Position numbers and translations under genes: made by a program | The notes under the pieces: generated by a model | What the model saw: only the letters and a program-made list of their open reading frames with translations | What the model was told of the DNA's origin: nothing | Databases searched by the model: none | Assembly (NCBI GenBank): GCA_039621445.1 | Contig: CP154954.1 | Span: 31,582,012 to 31,646,011, forward strand | Reading direction: 5' to 3' | Source: Euglena gracilis | Taxonomy: Eukaryota | DNA: 64,000 nt | In this document: positions 54,395 through 64,000 of the stretch, one piece after another | Layout: the number at the start of each line of letters is the position of its first letter | How positions within the stretch are numbered: position 1 is the stretch's first letter

Positions 54395-54822
54395 AGACTT
54401 GCATTTTGTGGACTGTGCAAAGGAAATCAAAATTCTACTGGACACATGGGGAGGAGGACCCTCTTCCCCAAAATGCCACCAGCGAGTTACATTCAGACAG
54501 CAGCACCCACGCCTGGGGGATTAGACATCCATACAGGAGGCATTGTTCAGGAAGGTTGGATGTCAAAGAACTAAGTGCAGCAATAAGCACCGTAAAAAGC
54601 CTAACAAAACCTAGAGAAACAGTTTTACTTTCAGTGGACAATCAGATAATTTATTATCACTGAACAAAGGGGGAAGGCAAAAAAGACCCCTTCAACACAA
54701 TGCTCAGAACATTTTTCAAATGGTGCATGGAGCACAAAATAAACCTGCAAGTAAAGTGGGTTCCTTCAAAAGGATGTCTTTCGGACCCCATAAGCAGATG
54801 GGAAATGGACAGGGGAGATTAA
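54395..54822 (+). pseudogene. DIRS-type retrotransposon RNase H remnant
   Basis: Frameshifted peptides ELHSDSSTHAWG, DVKELSAAISTVKSL, VLLSVDNQIIYY and INLQVKWVPSKGCLSDPISRW. Confidence 0.8.
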
Positions 54823-56257
54823 TCACTGAACTTTTCTTCTTTTTTTTGAGTGCACGACATAACTTTTTGCATTGGGGGATTTCCTGTCCAAATGTGGAGT
54901 CTCGTGAAACATGGCTGTTTTTTGTTGTTGTTTTTATTCAAAGAAGCTTGTACGATGCAATTGTCTCCTGGTTTCCAGCATGATACTGGGGAATTGTTTC
55001 CACCTTGCACAGATAAACAGGAAATTTTTGGGGGGCTTTGTTCCACAATGTCTGCTTTGTTGCAAAATGGATAACATTTTTCACCAACAGGAATTCATTT
55101 GGGACGTCTTCATGTGTGGCAGCACGTCTACCCCACAATTTCAGGAATGTCCCAGATTTAGGTCCAGTGGCCATCATTTTTAGGTCCGGTGGACACTGTT
55201 TTTAGGTTCAGTGGACACTACTTTTAGGTTCTCTGGCCTGAATTTAGGTTCCGTGGCCCTCATTTTAAGCCCTGTGGCCACGATTCTCAGGTATGGTGGC
55301 CAACATCCCAGCAGTTAGCTGTAATTCAAGTTTTAGGTCGATGCTGATATTGGGGCAAAGTCCTAATTTTGGGTGGAAAATTTCTAATTTTTCGGTGCCA
55401 ACTCCTATTTTGGGAGGAAATGCCAGGTTTTTATATCGAGAACTGTGTCCCAGACACCGCCTGGGACACCGGTTCGGACGGTAGCCGAACCGGTGTCTGA
55501 GGCTTGTTTTGCAAAGTTTTTTTTCATTTCCATGCATACCAACCCCCCCCCCCATTTGGCCGCCCTCGGGGTGGCCCGGACCCCCCTTTTGGCCAAATAA
55601 GGGGGGGGACAAATGGGGGTCATGTCAGGTGGCAACTCGTTAAAAACAAAGTCAAGAAAGCGCGTTTTCTTTTTCATTTTTTTTTAAAAAAAACACATTC
55701 ATGGTCTTGGTTGGAAAATCTTTCTTTTAATTTCAGTCTCCCCCCGCTTGGGATCAGACATTGGAATGGTTTCAAGCAACAAAAGTAGGAATAATGGCAT
55801 AAAAATGGCCGATTTTGACTATTTTTGGGAAAACAACCAAAAAGACTGGTTTTTGTGACAATTTCGTTGATTTTAGGTTCATCCTTGTGATCAAGGAAGG
55901 GAAATTTGAAACCATCATCAAGGCTGGATCGAGGTTGAGGTATTGAGGTTGAGGTTGAGGTTGAGGTTGAGGTTTTCCAACCTCCATCTTTCCTCAATGT
56001 CACCTCAATGCCAAAATCCAAAGGAAAACGACTCAACAACAAAGTGAATTGAAAAAGAGTGTTACAAAGAGAGGCAAATTACCTGGATTCAAGGTTCGGC
56101 GTTTTTTCCGTTTCGAATAATTCGAATTTTTCAAAGTTGAATTATTCGAATTTTTTGTGAGGAAAATTTCCAAAAATTCCACAGGGTGAAGCACTGCAAG
56201 GGGGATCTGTTTTCCTTCCGCTGGCTACAGTCCTTCCCACGGTGACGGCATTTCCAA

Positions 56258-57863
56258 TAGGGTTGTGCCAATTAATCGTTTCGACCTGGCGAACGATTAA
56301 TCGCGATTAATCGGGGTGTCTCGGACGATAAACAATTAATTGGTCCCTTCCGATTTTTTGATGATGAAATCTGCCCGAGAATTTATCATTCAGACATAGA
56401 CCATTTCTTTGTGTGCCCGCTGACGAATTTTTGTTTCGTTGTTTGTTGACACGCAGAACGAAGCTTATTAGGAACTGCTGTATCTTAATCAGAATCGCGC
56501 GATGTTTCAGGGGCACGTTCGTTGACTCGTTGGCCACTTTTGGGGACAAGGCAATACAGTTGGTCAAACCTTGGGACCCCCCCTGTACAGTTCCAACCCC
56601 CCCTCCTGGGACCCCCCCCTCCCCCCCCACTTCCAACCCCCCCGAGACAGATGAAAAAAAATTATTGTTTTTCATCCATAACGTTGCATCGTGATAAAAT
56701 TGATCATTTTTTGAAAGGTAGGATTTCCTTGACCAACACGTTTTTGGGATGAAGTTTGGGCCATTTTTGACAAAATTCCGTTTTTGGTGTGGAAATGCAC
56801 CAGTTTTTTGGCACTTCTTTTAGGGGACAAGATTTTTGGCCATTTTTGGGTGTCAAGTGGGCGGACAAGGACACACAAAAGCTCATTTTTTTAAAAAAAA
56901 ATGCTTTTAAAAAAAAGAATGGCGAAGGATCGATTCTCAGGTCACGGTCACGGGGGTGTAACGGGGGGGGGGGGTAACGGGGGTAGCACCCCCTAAAAAA
57001 AAATACGTTTTTTAAAAAAAGAAAAAAAACCTCATGGAAGGTTTGGGGGATTTTTTTTGAAATGTTTTTTTTTAGAAAAAGGCCTTTTTTGATCTCTGCA
57101 GCTTCGAAGGCCGTAAAGGGTGCTGGCTTTCACACGTGCCATGAAAAGGATTTTCGGATGAAGGGTTTGGAAAAACTAAAAAAACGTCACTTTTTGATGA
57201 CCAAAAAAAATAACCTTAGAACTTTTTCCTCAAAAAATGGCCATTTCGCAAGGAAAAAGGTCAATTTTTACTTTTTCAAAAAGAAAACATGTTTTTTTTT
57301 GTTTTTTTCAAAAAAACATATTTTTTGTTCTTTTTTGAAAAAACAAAAAAACGTCAACCCTGGCTCAATTCCGCATGGTGTGCCAAGGGGGAGTGATTGA
57401 AGCGGCTTCCTGCCTTTCTGCTAAGTGTTTAAAGTGAAAACACCGGCTACCATTCTTTTTACAAGAGACAAATATTTCGTAAAATGCATCTGAATTCGCA
57501 AAATCCATCATTGCCAACCTCAATTGGACAAAAAATGTCGCAACTGTCTCGGGGGTAGGCAGTACAGTTGTGATTTTCTGGTGACCCCCCCTCCCCCCCC
57601 TTGTACAGCTTCCAACCCCCCCCCCTCGGACCCCCCCTCTCCCCCCCTGTGCCTTGTCTCCTTTAACAACCGTTTTCATGGTGTACCACCAAGTAGTGTG
57701 CTATCTGACTGACTACCCCACGAGTTTTTGTTAATTTCAACAAGTATTGTGCATATTGTGGTTTACATCCACAATGACCGATTAATCGCCATGGGCCGAA
57801 TGATTCAATTAATCGGCGATGAGGAACGATTAATCGATTAATCGATCAATCGAAACAGCCCTA
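56258..57863. mobile_element. hAT-type MITE (TAGGG..CCCTA) carrying a nested insertion
   Basis: Flanks TTTCCAA and TTTCGAA; CGATTAATCG repeats; inverted copy at 62904-63393. Confidence 0.9.
56542..57661. mobile_element. Harbinger-like element (TIR GGRGACAAGGCA, TSD TTT) containing further insertions
   Basis: The empty site CCACTTTTAAC is preserved in the 62904-63393 copy. Confidence 0.85.
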
Positions 57864-59383
57864 TTTCGAAGGTACTCACAGACAGAAAAAACATCTTCTC
57901 GAGAAGTACTTCAGGTAAATTTTGCCTGCCTTTTGCGGAAAATCCCGCTCGTGACTCCAACGGGGGGTTTTTTTTTGCCGGCCCCCCAAGCCATGGCCCC
58001 GCAGTTGCAGAAGTCCACCCCCACTCCGCAGAACCCTCCTGATAAAATGGACAAAAAACCAACCCCCTCCCCCAGACCACCCCACGCGCAGAAGCCCCCC
58101 CCCCCAAGCCACCCCACCCCGTACCGGGGGGGGGGGGAATTAAAGCTAGACAAAATTGGAAGCCGAAAAAATTGGTGCCAAACCTGAAAACAGCCCTGAA
58201 AAATTTGGCAGGTTTTGTTTGCAAGATGACTGGAAAAAGTGTGATTTTGAAATTTTTGAGGCAGGATTTTCAAAGCCGGAAAAATTTGGCAGTATTTCTG
58301 TACGCCAATATTTTCCCAATGAACTTTTTCGGCCTTCAAGTTTTTCCCCTAGTAGAAGCCAAAACCCCCTGCACCAAACCCTCTCTACATCTAGCCCAAA
58401 ACTAGCCAACATGTGGCCGAAAACTGGCCACCATCTGGTTCAGAACTGGCGTTCTTTGCCATTGAAAAGCAAACAGGAACAGCAACATGAACCAGAAAAC
58501 ACACACGTTGTTGGCCGTAATACAAACGGAGCAGTTTAGCAGGGACATGCTCAGGTCCAGATTACCAAACCTCCTTCCAATAAGTTCATTTCAAACTTCA
58601 GTAATTTCTTGCCCGTGAGATCTGAAACAGAGAAAAATGTACATTCACTAAAAGAATTGGCAAATTCACCATATGCTCCTGCATCCGGCTGGCATCTTAG
58701 AGTTGCCTGCATTGGCCTCTGAAAATTCAGAACTGGCACATCAAAATACCGCAGGCATTTGCTATACGAAATCAGCTTAACAACAGGACCCAGCTTCCGT
58801 CACGCCGTCGGCCAGCCGGGGTCATGGGGGGGGTCATTGGTGGGTCACAAGGGAACACCACATTCTTGGTGGCTAAATTGGGAATCACCGAACACGAATT
58901 TTTGGGGAAAATACTTAAATTAGGAATCCCCACCTAAAATTAGGATTTTGAAAAAATTAGGAATCACCATCCCAAAATTTGCGAAATTTATTCCTCAAAA
59001 TTAGGAATCCACCTGAAAATTTTGTCAAAGTGGGCATCATCGGCCGAATTTTTTCCGAAAAAAATTGGTCGAAAAGGGTCTTAGGTTGGGTCACGGGGCG
59101 GTCACGGGGGGGGGGGGTCACAGGTAACACCCCCTCTAAAGGCATTTTTTTGGGTCATGTGAAAGCATTTCCAAATCTGTGTTTTCTGGTGCAAAAAAGC
59201 ATGCTTTCAACATCCAAAAAAACAACAACAAAAAATGAATGAAGCTGCAGAGATAAAAAATTGAACTTTTTTTAAAAAAAAACTTTCAAAAAATATTCCC
59301 CCCAAACCCTCCATGACGTTTTTTTGTTTGTTTCCCGTTGTTTGTTGTTTGTTTGTTTGTTTGTTTGTTTGTTTGTTTGTTTG

Positions 59384-61091
59384 TTTGAAACCGTGTTAAG
59401 TCCACGATGTACACCGGCCGTGAAAACCGTGTTCAGTCCACGTGTACAGCGGTGGAAAACGTGTTTGTAACACGCTTTCCGTACAATGTACACGTGTTAC
59501 GAAAAAGTGTTAACACGCTTTCCGTACAATGTACACGTGTTACCAAAAAAGTAAACACGCTTTCCTGCGGTGTACACGTGTTACCAAAAGGAGTAAACAC
59601 GCTTTCCGTACAATGTACACGTGTTACGAAAAGAGTAAACACGCTTTCCTGCAATGTACACGTGTTACCAAAAAGAGTAAACACGCTTTCCATACACTGT
59701 ACACGTGTTACAAACACGATACATCTGCATTGTTCCGTGTTATAAATGAAAAATATTTTGTGGGGTTACAGCATAACTAGATTGCATGGACCGATGGACA
59801 TACTGCTCAACGGATGCAAGAAGCAACGCAGCGGCGGGAAGTTGGCGTATTGTGGGGGGGGAGGGTACGCAGACGCATGCTGCAAACACCTCGTGGCCTG
59901 TTGGCCAGGAACAATAGCACATCACGAAAGGCATCACAAACATCCCGGGCATTTCCAGGGACGTTTGGGAGCTCGGCGCAGGTCAGCACACACAAAATGG
60001 TAGGTGTCCGCACAACTCACACAGGAAACAGACCGAGCTACGTCGGAGGTGGTGGGGAAGCCAACTTTCACACCACAACGGGGACATAAGATGTCACCGT
60101 TGGGAGACGGAAACAGAGCCGGAACAGTTGCCAAAAGTTGGTTTACGGTGGAATGTTCTGGGGCGGGAGGAGCCTCCCAGTTTAGCTGCCGACTCCACGC
60201 CGCCACGTTGCGGGCGGCAGTTGCCGCACTGCTCCCCGCTTTGTCGACATGTTCGTCGAACGAACCCGAAAATCTGTTCCAGCTCTCTCCGTACGGGCAG
60301 CAACGCAGGCGAGTTGTTGCTCGGGTGTTGCATACAACACCCGAGCATCAATGCACCAGCGGGCCCACCCCAAAAAAACAGTCGTCCAACGTCGCGTGTT
60401 GTACCCCATGGGCTGCGCAAACCCCCATGTATTCTGTAAAACAATTCAGGGCAGCCATGCGGTCGCGACGGTAATCTTTTGCCGAGACCAGATCTGGGGG
60501 GGAAGTTCACCAAGTAAGGCATCAATTTCCTCAGATGGAGATTTCACCTTCTGGAGGGATTCCACAAACTGCTTAACAGTGGGAGGGGCAGGCATGCGGG
60601 CCTCAGCGAGGTTAGCCAGGCGCATCATGGCTGTGAAGGGTGTGAAGGCGTTTTAGAAACACGTTTTAGCATAATGCAAACGTGTCACAAAAAAGTGTTA
60701 ACACGCTTTCCGTACAATGTACACGTGTTACCAAAAAAGTAAACACGCTTTCCTGCAGTGTACACGTGTTACCAAAAGGAGTAAACACGCTTTCCGTACA
60801 ACGTACACGTGTTACAAACACGGTACATTTGCATTGTACCGTGTTTGTAACACGGTACAATTGCATTTACCAAGGTACCCCATTTTTGTACACGTGTTTA
60901 CTATAATCGGCATTTTTTGCGCGAATCACGTGGACTTGAACAGGTTTTCACTACCGGTGTACATCGTGGACTCTTAACACGGTTTCAAACATTGTTTCGT
61001 GTTCTGATCCCGCTTTTTTACCAGGAAAACCGGGGGCGCCTTCGGCGCCCCCGGTTTTCCTGGTAAAAAAGCGGGATCAGAACACGAAACA
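59384..61091 (-). mobile_element. Element with ~60-bp TTTGAAACCGTG inverted repeats, 40-bp arrays, PHD ORF and terminal fold-back
   Basis: Inverted repeats at 59384-59443 and 60927-60989; hairpin at 60993-61091; (GTTT)n on both flanks. Confidence 0.9.
59934..60628 (-). pseudogene. YR-N-terminal-like domain fused to a PHD finger
   Basis: MMRLANLAEARMPAPPTVKQFVESLQKV..FLGWARWCIDARVL..LNWEAPPAPE..CPRC..CVSCADTYHFVCADLRRAPKRPWKCPGC (C4HC3 pattern); several frameshifts. Confidence 0.8.
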
Positions 61092-61812
61092 TCTTATAGT
61101 TTGTTTGTTTGTTTGTTTCCCCCAAAAACGCGATTTTTCCGTGGTCAAAAAGGGACCCAGAATGGTCATTTTTGAAGAAAAAAAATGGCAAAAATTGGGC
61201 CGCGCCATGCGCGCGGCCGGAATCATCAAAATTTCAGGAAAAAATGACCCCAAAAGTGCTTTTTTTGGACTCAGCAATCGTTTCTAGGCCGCGCTCCGCG
61301 CGGCTGCCCCCCCCCCCCCCCCCCCGGGCGAGCACGCGGCTGCTCGTCCCCCCTTGCCCCCCCCCCGCTATGCTAATCTCCTATGCATGGGAGGGAGACG
61401 CAATACCCTTTTTGTTGTAAAGGGGGTGTTGGGGACGCGGGGGGGACGCGGGGGGGGGGACGCGGGGGGGGGGGGGACGCGGGGGCACCACCATTCCGGG
61501 TGCTATGCTGGCGTTTTTTTGATTTTTTTTAAAAAAAGTAAAAAAATTGTTTTTTTTAAAAAAAATTAAACTGGCAAAAAACGGGTTGTTTTTAAAATGC
61601 AGTTCTAAAAGGCATTGCCATCTACTTGCTCTGAAACGTTTCTTAAAAAAAAGCAGTTTTACAATGCATTACCATCTCCCTGTTCTGCCCAAAGCACCTT
61701 CACACCCATCCTGTTTCTTCTATTTCTATTTTTGGGGGAACTTGTTCGCTGTATGCATCCCCAAAACCACGACCCCCAAACGGCAGAGTCGAACCCTAAC
61801 CCTAACCCTAAT

Positions 61813-62146
61813 CAAGGTTGTCGGCTCGTTTTTTGAAACAAAAAAACATGTTTTTTTTTAAAAAAAACGCCATGGAGGGTTTTTTTTGTTTTTTGGGTGT
61901 AAAATGTGCTGCATCCTTCGTAGTCTGCAAAGGGAGCTGGCTTTCACAACTGCGACACCTTGTCAACCACATCTTTTGGGATGAAGGGTCTGGAAAAACA
62001 AAAAAAAACGACACTTTTTGACGACCAAAAAAAAAATGACTTTCGAACTTTTTCCTCAAAAATGGCCATTTCAAAGGAAAAGCTCGTTTTTTTTTAAAAC
62101 AAATCGGTTTTTTGTTTTTTTGAAGAAAAAAAAAACGTCAACCCTG
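61813..62146. mobile_element. hAT MITE (36552 family) inserted in a CCCTAA-like tract
   Basis: Ends CAAGGTTG..CAACCCTG; flanks ACCCTAAT and ACCTTAAC. Confidence 0.8.
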
Positions 62147-62903
62147 ACCTTAACCCAAACCCTAACCCTTACCCAAACCCGATTCCTTAAAGAACAAAAA
62201 TTGAGGGTTTGGGCTAGGGTTCGGGTTAGGGTAAGGGGCAGGTGGGGGTCGTAGGCGGGGAGCAAACAGATGTCGTTTTTTTGTTGGGAAAGAATAAAAT
62301 TTTGATTTCTCACTTGTTTTTGCAATGTTCTTTTTCTTTCTCCCCTCTTCATTTCATCACAGCAAGCATGCCGGGACATTGCAGAAACGCCTCTTCAAAA
62401 AAGGACACCAAGCCACTTGGTGGGGACGCGGGGGGACGCCGGGGGGGGACAACCCCCGAAATGTGTCTAGGACACGCTCGGGCATGAGGAGTGTGCCTAG
62501 GACAAGGACTTGGGCTGAGCCAGAACCCGGGGCAGGGGATGGCAACCGGTGGGGGCCTGGTGTGCCGCTCGGGGGGGGGGGGTTGGCCCCCCCCACCCCC
62601 GCCGCTCGCGCGCTTGCCCAAGAAAAAAAATCGTGAAAAAAATCACGGCCTTTTTGAGGCCTAAGAATGGCCAAAAATGACCATTTTCAGACATGAAATG
62701 GCAAATTTTGGGGGCGCGCACTCCATGCGGCCCTAGAAGCCCATGTTTTTTAAATCAAAAATGGCCCAAAAATGGCCAAAACAGACCACTTTTTGGAACC
62801 GAAACCACCAATTTTAGGACGCACGCCGCCCGCACGATCGCCCTCGGACCCCCCTCTCCCCCTGGCGCACCCGCCCGCGTGGCCGATCGCCCCCCCCCCT
62901 CAA

Positions 62904-63393
62904 TAGGGCTGTTTCGATTAATCGATTAATCGTTTAATCATTCGTCATCGCCGATTAATCGAATCGTTCGGCCCATGGCGATTAATCGTTCATTGTGGAT
63001 GTAAACCACAATAGGCACAATATTTGTTGAAATCAACAAAAATTCATGGGGTATGCAGGCAGATAGCACATCATTTGCTGGTACACCATGAAAACGGTTG
63101 TTAAAAGTGGCCAACGAGTCAGCGAACGTGCCCGTGAAACATCGCGCGATTCTGATTAAGGTACAGCAGTTCCTAATAAGCTTTCATTCTGCCATGTCAA
63201 CGGAGAATGAAACAATGATTCGTCAGCGGGCACACAAAGAAATGGTCTATGTTCGATATTAGAACTTCTTAGGCAGATTTCATTGTCAAAAAAAAAAACA
63301 GAAGGGACCAATTAATCGTTAATCGTCCGAGACACCCCGATTAATCGCGATTAATCGTTCGCCAGCCCGAAACGATTAATTGGCACAACCCTA
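62904..63393. mobile_element. hAT-type MITE (TAGGG..CCCTA), 7-bp TSD
   Basis: TSD CCCTCAA; uninterrupted inverted copy of 56258-57863. Confidence 0.9.
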
Positions 63394-64000
63394 CCCTCAA
63401 CCCCCCTCCCCCCCACTGTCCCTAGCCTCCAGTGGGCCTGGGACCCTTCCAAACAGAGCGACTTCGGACCCGAAAATAACCCAAACCCCAAAATCAAACA
63501 ACCTCCAATTTCTCAAATAACCTCACCCACCTGATCCGGAGTTCTGAGCCACGGGTTGACGCCCAAATCGGCGTTAGAGGAATCACGGCCAATTTTGCCC
63601 CAACCGTTTTGAGCTGCTGTGGCTGTGCTCTTGAATTTTTGGCCTCAAAAAGGCCTTATGTGGGTCATCCTTGGTGATTTTTCCTTGACCTGCCAAGGCG
63701 GATTTGCGGGGTCACGGTGGGGTCACGGGGTGAGTGGGTCATGGGGACCCATAAACCCCCTTCCAAACCCTTGGCAACACTCACTCGCTAAACTTGGGCT
63801 TGAAGCGATTCGTCAAGGCCGGGAAAAGGGAGCAATGGAAGCAAGAGAAAAAGAGGGAGGGATGGAAGAGGGACGGGGCGCGGCGCCAGGAGGGACCAGT
63901 CGTTCTTTTATTGGACGATTTTTTTTTAAGCCGAAGTTCGAGAGCTATTAACAAACCCTAACGTTGGGGAAGGGGGAAGGTGCCATTGGCGAGATGTCAA

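Noticed and set aside
54395-54822. Linking the DIRS RNase H remnant to the YR-like ORFs as one DIRS retroelement
   Set aside because: No RT, gag or DIRS terminal repeats were seen. The pieces are kilobases apart, and the main YR remnants are associated with other termini.
59384-61091. Firm call as a Helentron/Helitron2 non-autonomous element
   Set aside because: Inverted repeats plus a terminal hairpin fit, but no Rep/helicase sequence is visible and the cargo is YR-related. Kept only as an alternative.
56258-63393. A single 7-kb element with long TIRs
   Set aside because: These are two independent, oppositely oriented copies, each with its own ends and TSD.
1-64000. tRNA, rRNA or spliced-leader genes; organism identity
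   Set aside because: None was recognisable by eye, and the taxon cannot be supported from this sequence alone.

Overview
This is eukaryotic, almost entirely transposon-derived DNA. It has short GT-AG introns, TTAGGG-like tracts and long G/C homopolymers, and no intact long gene. It is a nested stack of DNA transposons: hAT-type CAG..CTG and TAGGG..CCCTA elements with 6-8 bp target-site duplications (TSDs), CTTAGG-ended elements with 5-bp TSDs, 3-bp-TSD Harbinger-like MITEs and TA-flanked MITEs. Decayed hAT, Harbinger-like and DIRS RNase H coding remnants are also present. The main candidate novelty is an element group at about 35-36 kb, 40-41.5 kb, 44.6-45.4 kb, 46.2-48 kb, 50-51 kb, 52-53 kb and 59.4-61.1 kb. 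Members carry a decayed tyrosine-recombinase(YR)-like ORF and/or an ORF that joins the same N-terminal domain to a PHD finger. Most are bounded by inverted repeats and have a DNA hairpin just outside the upstream repeat, once as a perfect 48-bp fold-back and once shared head-to-head by two elements. All protein calls are by-eye motif recognition in frameshifted sequence; no database search was run. Some frameshifts in homopolymers may be sequencing errors.
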